Positions 1-11,747 of a DNA stretch of 64,000 bases are shown one piece after another; the first letter of the stretch is position 1; the number at the start of each line of letters is the position of its first letter. The stretch is from Diadema antillarum. Taxonomy: Eukaryota. The notes beneath the pieces were generated by a model. The model was given only the letters and a program-made list of their open reading frames with translations, was not told where the DNA came from and did no database searches. The stretch is taken from NCBI RefSeq assembly GCF_040938485.1, contig NW_027272305.1, forward strand, positions 1-64,000, in the 5' to 3' direction. Position numbers and translations under genes: made by a program.

Positions 1-3000
1 TCACCTCCTCCTCACCAAGCAGAGGGATGCGGACGGGTTCAGGGAGAGGGCAGGTGGGGTGGGATGTCGCTTGAAAAGTTGACAGCCAGACGTCATTGCC
101 CTACTCATTACCAAACGGTTAGCCGTAATGAATCGTTTTCTTTGTTACCCCGCAAACAGGTACAAGAGAATTGGAGACCCCGTTTGTGCCGGTTTTTTTT
201 TTTAATATACTTTGCGTTTCATATTGAGCAATCTGTATAATTATACTGTAAAGACCATAACTAATCTGTATTGAGAATTTAGAAACAATATTACAATTTC
301 TCTTGGCTTTGATAAGAAAATAGAGTCATCATGCGATAACGCCATAAAAAGGTGGTAACGTCAAGTCGAACATCTACAACGGAATGGAAAATCATGAAAA
401 ACGTTACCGTGTTTTCTGTCTTTACTCTTCATTATTTGATCCTCAGTTCACACCGATGTTATCTTCGCTATAAATTTACTTACAATGTAAATGTCAATAG
501 TGAAGCATAATTAGCGTAAAATGTGCTGAATCAAAGTGAAGATGAAGACAAAATAGGAATGATTTTAGGCATGAGGTCACTACTTGAACATTATGCCCCC
601 AAACCACACAGATGTTTGATGAATGCTTTAGGAATAAGCTGTGAAATCTGCAAATTTCGTCTGCGTTTGAAGTATTTATGCAAGCTTTGGCAGAATGGAG
701 AATGACTGCTTAAAGAATTAACGAGGTGTAGAAGCCATTTTATAATTTCACCGAAATTTACGTATAAATCACGGAAGGTTTGTCATCTCAAAAAAAAATG
801 TCAGACACCATACAAGAAGGAAATATGCTTCTTGTTGGATTCGCCCAGAACTAAGTGATACATGTAACATGTAGTGCCAAGAAAATGGTAAATTCATGAT
901 ACAGAAGCATGGGACAGCTGTCATGAGGTGGACGCTATTCTTACCGACAATGGTCGCGCGCCTCGCTCGTGGTTGGGAACAAAAACACCCGGATTACGCC
1001 CGCTCGGACAAAGACCAGGGCACACGCACAACGAGCGCTACGCACAACATCGGGTCGATATACCAGCGGACAGACACGCCGCAACCTGCAAACTGGTCCC
1101 GCTTTTGTTCGTCAACGAAGCGAGATCTGAAGGAAATATTTGAACAATCGATACTGAAATTTGAGCTCACGCAGGGTACAAGAGAATCGACTTCTTCCTT
1201 TTCATTATCATTGATCATCATTATCTGGAAAAAAAAAGAACTACAAAGAGATCAATGGTGTTATCCTAAAAATTTATACACATGAATATCGCCTTCGTCG
1301 TTCTTTACAAAACTCTTTTGATATCTTTGTTGTATCTCTTGCGTATGTAATATTCCTGCTCTCAAAAGAATACACAAGGCAGACATTGAAGTCCTACCTT
1401 GACATAATGGGGCGTCACTCTTTGTTGCGATTGTATCGTTGCATACTTTTTTTTTAATGAAGACGTTGCTGTAAACCAATTCACCGGATTGTCTTTAGAT
1501 ATAATCATGATAATACATGCCAATGATAATCTCGATTGAGTTATGCTTGTTTAGAACATTTCGCGGCGTTATTTCTCAACCATGTCCACGTATAGGCCAC
1601 TCTAGACAGTGAAAAGTCCACAAATGTCCTTTCTTTGAAAAGCAAAGACATCATACAGGCACTGTAAGATTAGAGGACATCGCTTTTGTAAGTGTCCATG
1701 AGTCAACTAAAGTTCCAATGTCTTTGCTGTGTTTACTCGGTGAGTCATAGTGTTAATGAATAATGAGCATTTTATTTGTTCATATTTTGAACTCATTAAC
1801 AAATTTGCTGGCACAGGCTTATGTCTGTTTCGTTTTCAATCTGGGTTGAACAATGTTTTGTATCCATGAAATGGGTTAATAGTAAATAAGATATAGCATG
1901 CATTGAAAGGCTTAAATACAGCGTAGATTCTGAGGTCGCAGGAAAAACTGTTTTCTGAGGGAAGCAGCAGATACCATGCCTCTTTTCTTTGCCACCTAGC
2001 ATAATGTGTATTCAAAATATATTGTGACACAATTGAAATATGCAATTTGTTCATTAGGTCTACGTTACAAGCCTGAAATATGACATTACACGTCGTCACT
2101 ACAAAAATTTTGCCCCCCCCCCCCACCTTCCCAATAATGTTTTCTTGGCCCAGAGGCAAGAATGTGCAGAGGTGGCGACGCTTTTGGGGTGTAATGATGG
2201 CAGGGCAAGCTGAAGATGCCACCTTATATAAAGAAGGAGAAGATTCAATGTTATTATCTATCTGTTTGTTGCTATCGCTGCATCGGTAGATTTTTTTTTT
2301 TTGTGTGTGTATATACATCCCATAGGGCCTATATTCATTTGTTAGATGTTTATTTGAAGACATCTTCTTCCTGTTTTAGGTTTATCATGTCCTTGTTGAT
2401 TGACATGCCTCACCGATATATGGTTGCAGTATGATTGTTACTTTTCGTGTGTATGTGTGTGCACATACGCTATCGAAAAGAAATTACATGTAAGATATAC
2501 TCCTGATCATTATTCAACGAGGAATGACAATTGCAAATTTCATTCAAGTCTTGAATTTCCTTCCTTTGTAGAATTTCCCATGTGAAACTATTGAGTTTCT
2601 TACCACAAATCTAGTCAGGGTCTCTCTTTTTTTATCGGGTCTGAGTTTTGTCTTTTAATGTCAGCGAGAAACATCTGAGTTTGTTTTTCACATTTTACCG
2701 AACTTGCTTCAGAGTCAATACTTTGAAAATTCTTTATGCGTATGCATCAATGCTATGACTTCATTCTAACATGATGATTTGTATTATTAGGTCTGTAATT
2801 TGTCACGCATGCAGCTCACAGCTGCTGACATTATAGAGTAATTACATGCAATCTAAGAATACGAATCTATCGTTGATTACTGTATCGCTAGCTATAATGA
2901 CCCATTATTATCATTATATTGGCAATTGACAGAAAACAACATTACCGTTCCTGATCACTGGACCAGTACATTGAACTTTTATGGGGGGAACAGAGAGAAT

Positions 3001-4328
3001 GGGGAGGGAGGGATAGGAGCAGGTGGGATTCATACACTTTTGATTGAGTGAAGGAGTCGACGGACTGTCTCTGAGAGCATCCAAGCCTGAAAGTGGCGCC
3101 TTTTAATTTCTTCTTCCTCACGACTTGAAAACAAGTGAATTCCTGCATCTTCACCGTCGTTCCGGAAAGTTGGACTTGAATTACTCTCGTCGGACAAAGG
3201 CCAGTGATTGCGGTCCCAAGTGGGACCGTAGAGTGGGTACTTGTCTCAGTGATTCAAACAAGCTAAAGAGACGTTAATTACACCGGAACAGAAGCGTGCA
3301 TCGTCAAGAAGTCCTTCTGCGAGAATCGTTTCAAATCAGCCTCTTTATCTCCTTTCTCTTCACTCTCCCCATCTGCTTCTATCATCTTCTCAAAGGGTCA
3401 GTCGTTTCTTTCAACATCTACAGGAGCATCCGTGGTTTCATCCTTACTATTGTTACCTTTCATTTCCTCTTGTTTCTGGATTATCAATGCAGCTTGTCGT
3501 CCTAGTAATGTTTAAGTTTTGTTTTGATTGGTTGTGTGGATTTGTAATGGAGTATTTTTCTTCTTCTGAATTCGTTGATTCAAGTCGAGAAAGGTCTCCG
3601 AGTGTAATATTTTCTTCGAACGGTTTTTCTGTCTGAATTGTGTAGTCTCTATCCATATCTTACACGCCGGAAACACATTATCAAACATCTATCATTGATT
3701 GTCGCGTCGATATGTGGAATGGACAATATGGGACTCAACAACTTTTTTAGGAAGATAGTACATAACTGTAGCCTATGTACTATAATTTTTAATGTTAAGA
3801 TGATATTTTCGGCAACTCGAGGGGATGGCGTCCTGTTAAGGCTTCCACAAGTATTATGTGTTGTGACACCTTTTTTATTTTTAACAATCATAACATGATA
3901 ATCTTACCTCAAGCTGTGGAATACCTGATTGAGTACCATTAAAAAAAGAAATGAAAGTTATTAGTGCTGGTTATACGAACTGCACATGTCTACCTCCTCC
4001 TCACCCCCCCCCCCTCCCCTCCTGCCCCAGTTCTGTCTCTCTGTCTCTCCCACATACATTGGTATATGTTATATACATATATATATATATAAATATATGA
4101 AGAGTTTAGTTACAAAATGGTCTAAAGTGTCATTTTTAAATATTTCAAAGTAAGTCCATTATCAGATATAGAACATAATTAAACCTTTCGAGTAATACCT
4201 CGCTTGTGATATAATAAGAAATATTCTAGAAGTTATGATTGAAAATATCCTGTATTTTCTTATTATTTTCCTTGTTTTTTAGCAGATGTAATTGGAAATA
4301 TCTCAACTTAACAAGAATTGAGTTAGCT

Positions 4329-4491
4329 NNNNNNNNNNNNNNNNNNNNNNNNNNNNNNNNNNNNNNNNNNNNNNNNNNNNNNNNNNNNNNNNNNNNNNNN
4401 NNNNNNNNNNNNNNNNNNNNNNNNNNNNNNNNNNNNNNNNNNNNNNNNNNNNNNNNNNNNNNNNNNNNNNNNNNNNNNNNNNNNNNNNNNN
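4329..4491. other. Assembly gap (163 N)
   Basis: Run of N seen directly. Confidence 1.
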
Positions 4492-4700
4492 ATGTTGACG
4501 CATTTTCCCCATCTCCTGCGCGGGAGACACGGAGCGCCGCATCCCTTTGTCTACCCATTGGGAATACGACGAATAAAAGGAAGGACGGTCACACCGGAAG
4601 TGAGGGAAACTGACAGAGACACTTAACGAAACGCCGGTTTGTTGCTGCGATGAATAAAGCACCAATCAAACTCTGGCCCAATTAGAAACTAATGAGGAAG
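4492..4700. promoter_or_regulatory. Promoter-like CpG-rich patch
   Basis: Exact ETS-type motif ACCGGAAGTG at 4593-4602, a CCAAT near 4662 and elevated CpG. It abuts a gap and no transcript is linked. Confidence 0.3.
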
Positions 4701-5431
4701 CTAGTCCAAGACCTCAACACAAACCATTATGGAGTCATCATTATAGTATTTTTATACCATTTACGCATGGAAGCAATTATCATTTAAAGTTTACAAGGGT
4801 CTCGAGTGTATGAGTGTTTGGCTCTTCTGTGAAATCGTGAAATTTGACTTCAAATATAATAATACCTTCCTATGCATTGAGGGTTCAATCGTCGTGATAA
4901 GTGATGGATCTCTAGCGATAAAATAATTAAAACTCCATATAATGTCATATAACGCTTTAGTTTGTGTATGGTGTTGGATAAGTTTGGGTATACTTTGAAA
5001 AGCTGTTGCTTTGTTATGAAACCGTATGGTTTACTCTTCAAGCATGAGGTACAATAACTTTACAACCATGCTCATCTCTAGATTCATACGACACCAAACT
5101 GCAAAGGAATACGAAGATACCTTTGTCATGCATTAATCTCGCACCAAATAATTTCGACACTGGATAAAACACACTCTTATTGACAATTTGAATTCATTTG
5201 CATGCTTCTTCGTAAATGACATGCGCTACGTAACGTTAAAAGTCGCCGAAAATGACAAATTGTGTGGGTTTTTTTTTTTTTTATAGCGTGAGATTTGTTG
5301 AGACAGGATGAGTTTAGGACATTAGATTCTCCGCCGTAAATTGCAAAATTGATCGCTGATTTAGATCTATGCAGAGAAAAATCTAGATTTAGATCTAAAT
5401 GACGAAAATGATGCAGTAGACTATAGAGTTA

Positions 5432-5496
5432 AAAATGCGTCTCAATAAAAGATTAAAATGCGTCACAATAAAATATCAAAATGCGTCACAATAAAA
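5432..5496. repeat. Three tandem copies of AAAATGCGTC(T/A)CAATAAAA, period about 23 bp
   Basis: Seen directly. Confidence 0.85.
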
Positions 5497-6070
5497 GGTC
5501 ATAATCACCGGAAACGCAAGTCGTAATTAAGAGCATGGTATTCAGTAAATTGGTTCAGTGTGTTTAACGTGCGCGAGGACTGATTTAGAGCGGAGCGAGT
5601 CACAACTCACGGCGCGTCCGTCGGGCGGGCTCCCGCCACCCTGGCCCTGAACCAGAGCCACATGGTGCAGTGAATCTAGCTGCTTAGCCATCAGGCTATG
5701 TCAATCATTATTCACCTCGATCACGTCAATCATGCGCTCATTTATTTTCATTATCGTCTGCGGGATTCGAGGCGTGAAGACAAAATGCTCATGCCGAATT
5801 AATTACCCGCAGTGCCCGTTGCCTCCTCCAGCAGCTAATTTCTGTGTCAGTTCATTGGGGGCTGCCTGTCATTCACATATTGCGACAATGTGTCTCTCAG
5901 CAGCAGTGAGTGTAACCATGTAGCTACAGCGCCCCATATCCATGGTATTTATTTGTGTCAAATAAACCCCTATTCCGCGTGTCCCTTATCTAGTCCAAGA
6001 AACAATAATAGAGCAATATCATACATATACATCTTCCATATACATCTTCATGCCTGGAGAGCTGATCAGC

Positions 6071-6466
6071 TTAAAGGGGTGGTATAATTTTGGTTGATAT
6101 AGTGCTTTAGATTTCTGACTTATTTCGTGAGATAATGAGAAACCCCTTTTGAAATATGAAAGGGCATAAAGTTGCAAGAGGAATTCAAAGTTTATTTGGT
6201 GAATATTGGATTGAAAATGGCTGAGATATCTAAAACAAAGCAATCTTAATAGAAGGTGGTACCCACCTTACTCCAAGATCGCTTTGCTTGCCTTTGTGTT
6301 TGGACATCTCAGCCATTCCAAAACAGATCTTCATCAAAAATAGACTTTGAATTCCTCTTAGAGTTGTATGCTCTGCAATATTTCATGAGTGGTTTCTAAT
6401 CATATCCCGCAAAGAGTTAAAAGCGAAATCCCTCCTCAACCAAAACCTTACCACTGAGTCCCTTAC
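6071..6466. mobile_element. Kolobok/T2-like MITE, older copy; same family as 41741-42129 in the opposite orientation
   Basis: Starts TTAAAGGG; central palindrome AAGGTGG-TAC-CCACCTT (6253-6269); aligns by eye with the reverse complement of 41741-42129; right end decayed. Confidence 0.75.
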
Positions 6467-8318
6467 AAAACGCTTTTGACATAACCGAATAACGTGATGT
6501 GACAAGAGTGGAGAGAGATGGGGAGGGAGAGCGAGGGAGGGGACGAAGGAAGGGAAGAATGGAGGGATAGACAGAATGAGGAGAGAAAGAGGAAGAAAAA
6601 CAGACAGATACGCATAAAGATGCTCGACTATTGTTTTCTTCACACGTGCGATGTCGCGTTTTATGCCTGTGTTGTTAGCATTTGTGAGCTGTCTTTATGT
6701 ATATTGTACAGATGTGTGTGTGTTTGCATGAGTATGTGGGTGAATATTCGCTGTAGAATACAGAAATGAATTTCAATGTCTGTAGTTGTCTACTTGGTGA
6801 CATTTCACGTCGAGCATCACTTGATTGTACAGCAAGTCAGCTTGTTATTCAGTGGTCCGAAAAGTATGAGGGTTTGTTAGAAAATTCATTTCAGATACCG
6901 GGTAAAGTATATAGGATCAAAAATGAGCGACATGTTTGATTGGTTTCTTTTCAATAAACAATTCTTTTCATGCACTGCAAATTCACTCACAAACAGCCGA
7001 CTCAATTTGACAAATTTAGCAACAAAACCAGTCATTCGAGACGTCGGAGTTGAATAATGCAATGCAGAGGAAATAAAAGGCCAAAAGTCAAAGAAATACG
7101 GGGAAGTATCTATACGACTGTGAAACCTGGAGTTTGTTTATGTCGAGGGGGAATTACAGCCGATATGACGCGAAACCATCCGCCCTCGGATTTTACAAGA
7201 GCCTGATGCCTCGCCATAAACAATGAGCCTTATGAATTTGCGTGCTCGAGGCAAGTAAAATAATAGATCCTACTCATTCTTAAACATCTCGATCAACGAC
7301 AATTGTTTCTAGTTATTGCAAGACATCCATATTGGCGTTTATTGACTCAGTATCGACAACTTTCAGCTCAACTTCAGCAAGTATACGTAGATTTTGAGAG
7401 CAAAGCGTGCTACACTTGTTGCAATATTTTTGCTGGAACAGGGCTGTAGAGGCAAACGCACTTTTATCGTTCTTGATTACTCCGAGTACCTATACTTATC
7501 AATAAGTATGGTTAGATCTTGAGATTATCCTATAATGCGAGGGCGCCACATGGTGTCAACCGCTCAACAGCTTGTCGCGTTGTCACGTGCCTAAAACAGT
7601 CTCAGAGAGCTAGTCTTTCGCCCATTGTTGAACACTGCGTGAAGGCGGGGAGGTGGGCCACCTCCCTGGTGAAAGTCAAAGCTGAGGCCATAGAAGCGCC
7701 CGTTTAATCCTCTGTACTTGATGGCAAACTTGAGCGGGGATATCTCTGAAAGCTGGGAACGTAGCTGATCATGGTTTCTTCTCTTATGTCACTGGGGAGT
7801 CGCTACAATTTCTTTTTCCCGGGGGGGGGGGGGGGGGAGATGGGGCACTTTTCTAGCGGTCACAAACTATCAAGTTATCAAGTGCCGGTTTTGGAAGCTT
7901 TCTCTTTCGTTGCTTATAATTAATAAGTCAATATATGATATTATCATTCAATAATCTTTTATGCACTTCATGTGTCATCATGGTGTCGACAGTCATTCTC
8001 TCCTACCCTAAAAACACATATGTGTGAGATAAACAGCTTCAATTACTATATATCATAGTCTCTGGGGCTTATGCATATTTTACATGCCGTCATTTTGCTC
8101 ATCTATCGACTCAGGAATGTATCATGGAGCCTGAAAGCTTTATTTGCAGTCATAACTATCTCCTTTACTCACAACTATACGGGCCACAGCTTCACATCGA
8201 GGTAGCCTATGTCATACCGGAAGAAAAAGGACAAAAGATTTTCATTATGATACCTCCACATTACAACCGAGTATAATCCTAAACATTCTTTCTCTTAATA
8301 ACAATAATGATGACTGGA

Positions 8319-8451
8319 NNNNNNNNNNNNNNNNNNNNNNNNNNNNNNNNNNNNNNNNNNNNNNNNNNNNNNNNNNNNNNNNNNNNNNNNNNNNNNNNNN
8401 NNNNNNNNNNNNNNNNNNNNNNNNNNNNNNNNNNNNNNNNNNNNNNNNNNN
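8319..8451. other. Assembly gap (133 N)
   Basis: Run of N seen directly. Confidence 1.
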
Positions 8452-8883
8452 TATTTGTTCATCATAGAAAACGACTGACTTCGGATGAAACATTCGAATA
8501 CTCATAAACCATCCCAACAATATCCCTTCAAAAAGGGGAAAAAGGAAGAAAGTCCATGGCATAGTCCCAAGATCTTATACAGGCATCTTTCATATTTTGG
8601 TTTCAAAATGTGTTTTTCCCTCTCCCTCTTTCACTCTTTTCAACGTTCTTTTCGCATGATTTGTGAAGACCTACCATCGAGCAGTTTGTTTTCAGCGGTT
8701 TGAGGGGCTCATTGCGAGTGACTGGTGCGTGTGAATCGTGCGGTTTCCCTGGATTTCATTGCACTTCTGTCATTTTTTTTTAAAGCGTGGTAATGACTTC
8801 ATTTGGACTCTACAGGTCATGTTCGGGTCATCCGTCCATACCAAGTACATTGACAGGCACTGCATGTGTTAGTTTTTCAACAA

Positions 8884-9074
8884 AGTAAATGGGTCTGGTA
8901 AGTCTTAGATAATACTAAAATGCTAGCCACGCTGACTTTTTCACATGATTAATAGATACTGACATAATATGACGCATGCAGTAAATGAGACTGATAAGTC
9001 TAACGCACTAAAATGTTAGCCACATGGACTTTTTCACATAATTAATAAGTACTGACGTCGTACGACGCGTGCAC
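8884..9074. repeat. Diverged tandem duplication, period 96 bp
   Basis: The block AGTAAATG..CTAAAATG(C/T)TAGCCAC..GACTTTTTCACAT(G/A)ATTAATA..TACTGAC starts at 8884 and again at 8980. Confidence 0.8.
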
Positions 9075-10112
9075 AACCAGTTGTGTTTACAGACGGATAG
9101 AGTATTATCAATTATTTCAATCAAAGAAAAGTGTTTTCGTTTTGTTACACGATCATACTGACGGTAGGGTTACAAATGATATTCAACTTATCACAACTAA
9201 GTCGCTCAGATAAAACCACTTCCGTGATGAACCAACATTATAGAATAATCTGTATGCCAGTATTTCTTGCCATTGCAACGTGACATTGATTAATAAGACA
9301 TTTTCATCCATAGGGTAACAAAGAAGAGCACGTGACTTGAAGGGAGTAGTAAACAACACGTGAAAATAATGAGATAAAAAGTGTGATATGACGAATGCTG
9401 CTACCAAGTACGTGTAGTACGATCTTGATATTTGCATAGGGAAAAGCATTCATAGATTATTTTGAGCAACAGGCTAGAAACACGAGGGAATACTGCCCCT
9501 TGACCCATCCACGAGCATTACCCCTGCCACCACCTCACCCCCCTCCCCCCACACACACATACAAATACCTCGTCCCCAACCAAGGAGGTATATACATGTA
9601 TTATGTACCTCTTTGGGTTCTTCTGTATCCCCATGGTTCAACAACGTTCGTGTCATCGGTATGCGTTGACCATACTTTTCGACAATATGAAAGTTTTTCT
9701 CACACTGTGGGCTCCGATGGCTGGAAAGTCTCCAGCGCTTATAATTACGCATGCTCCTCATCGAAAGTAGAATCAAATTCACGTTTCGCTTGCTTTCAAC
9801 CGCAAAACGACTACTCGAGAAGAGTACTTTTTGCGTTTTCATACAGCGTTGATCTTCGAGAACAGTCAGTACAATGGGCGAGACAAGGACAATCAAAACA
9901 GACCCATAACATATAATAGGCATCTTTTCGGTTCAAATGAAGTGATAATGGATTAATATCCAGGAACATTAAGAGTTGATGTTTTTAAATATTGACATTT
10001 TTTGTTAAGTCCTTTTTGAAAACACGTGCAGATTCAAAAGCATTATCATAACTTTCAAATCAGGCTGGCCACGTTTGCAAGCATTATCATAATATAGTGG
10101 AACTTCAGTTCT

Positions 10113-10477
10113 TTAAAGGGGAAGGCTAGTAACTGATCAGTGGGAATCAGTGGAAATGCTGGGAGATGATTGTTCCAATCCTTATGGGATTCATTCAAGA
10201 GTTCATTGTATATCTATTGTTGTGTGAAAATTATTTGCTTCAGAATGGTCTCATATTCAAGTAATGTGCAGTTTAATGCTTCCAGGTTAGCGTCCCTGGT
10301 CAGTGACGGAGCATTAATCTGCACATTACTTGAATATGAGACCGTTCTGAAGCAAATCATTTTCACACAACAATAGATATACAATGAACTCTTGAATGAA
10401 TCCCATAAGGATTGGAACAATCATCTACCAGCATTTCCACTGATTCCCACTGATCAGTTACTAGCCTTCCCCTTTAA
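10113..10477. mobile_element. Young hairpin MITE, Kolobok/T2-like
   Basis: TTAA-AGGGG...CCCCT-TTAA ends. Arms 10113-10280 and 10310-10477 are reverse complements with 4 mismatches, separated by a 29-bp spacer. Confidence 0.92.
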
Positions 10478-11651
10478 GCCAGTCTCTTAGGTCTCCATGA
10501 TTTTTTTTTTGATTTGCTAATAATGACACTGATGTACTCATTTCAACAGCATTAAGCACCTGTATCAATCGTCCCCACTGCCAGCTTGTAAATCATAGTT
10601 CACAAATTGAGTGACCTTTCATTACAAATACATGTAAGTTGTATGATTGTAAATAGAGTACGTTGCAGACCTAGATACATAAAGTAAGTTTAAGCCTTTA
10701 TTTGCTCCCACGGGGCCAAAAGGGGCTTCAATCAAATCCAAATCTAAGTTCAAGAAAGCTGCATAAGCTAATTTAAAGCGTCGTTTTGCGATTTAATGTA
10801 ATTTTCATATTGTAAAAGACTCTTTTTCGCATAGACAATGAGACTACTGTCAAGCTGTCCTTGGAGCCGCACGACTGATTTGTGACGTGAGCTAACCGTC
10901 AAGCTCTATTGCTCTGCAAAATGGTTTTGACCCAGTTCCGAACTCTACTCGTTCGTTTCGAAGGCCGAATCTCCCGTTTTGCCTGAATTTATGCAGCAGC
11001 GATCCGTCTATGCATACATATCTGAACATGATTTGGAATAATTGGATATAGTGAGATGTATAGATCCTAACTACACTGGGGATGGTGTACAATGCTGCTC
11101 AGTCCTATCAAATTTAAACTTCATAGGTATAACACTAGGGAAAACACAGCTGACATCGTCTATCATGGATCAAATTGATGTCGCGAAGCTGTATAAATGT
11201 ACATTATGGTCGAGCAGGCTCAAGCACGAAGTACCCCTCCCCCGGCCTGCCAAAGTCGTATTCTTTAGAGTATACATTATGTCAAGGCCGCAACAGTCTA
11301 AGTTTCATAATTGTAAATATAGTCAATAAATACAATGACGTTAGAGAACAAGAAGCAGGTATGAAATTAGATTGGTTTTTATGCTGTTTGCGTATTTAAT
11401 CATTGTGGAGCTTGATTTTGAATAGAACCAAAGAGCTGAGATATGGACTACCTAACGTGGAATGTCGCCTTTGTCCTTCTTTCAAAAGTCATGGTAATTG
11501 CTTGTCATGGCTTGCGGGACACAAATAGAGCAGGGACGGCATTGACTAATTCTCCAGACACGAATTAACAAAAGGGGGGGGGGGGCAGCGTATATGGAAG
11601 AGGACACGGATGGGTGGGACTGGGAGGGGGAGCAAACAAGGTCGCATCACT

Positions 11652-11747
11652 GGGCGGAGCTTTGAAGCAACTCTCCAGAGCTCCGCCCTAAGAGTTTGGC
11701 GTCTGCCTTGCGCGTGCCGTCGTCTTGGTCGTCATGGTAACCACGTG
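11652..11747. promoter_or_regulatory. Motif cluster: inverted GC-box pair, X-box-like site, E-box
   Basis: GGGCGGAGCT (11652-11661) / AGCTCCGCCC (11679-11688); GTCGTCATGGTAAC (11728-11741); CACGTG (11742-11747). Confidence 0.35.

Noticed and set aside
3040-3400. In-frame TGA codons as possible selenocysteine
   Set aside because: Frameshifts and TAA stops are also present and no SECIS is seen; decay is simpler.
4226-4665. ORFs spanning N runs (also 8245-8562)
   Set aside because: Open only because the gap contains no stops.
9474-9923. Overlapping 149-aa and 138-aa ORFs
   Set aside because: No recognisable domain, partly low-complexity and no consistent splice frame.
10170-10420. Near-identical 68-aa ORFs on opposite strands
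   Set aside because: A by-product of the MITE inverted arms.
11042-11329. ORF with an EGF-like NYTGDGVQC and an astacin-like KLYKC
   Set aside because: Motifs too short, cysteine spacing wrong and no convincing exon boundaries.
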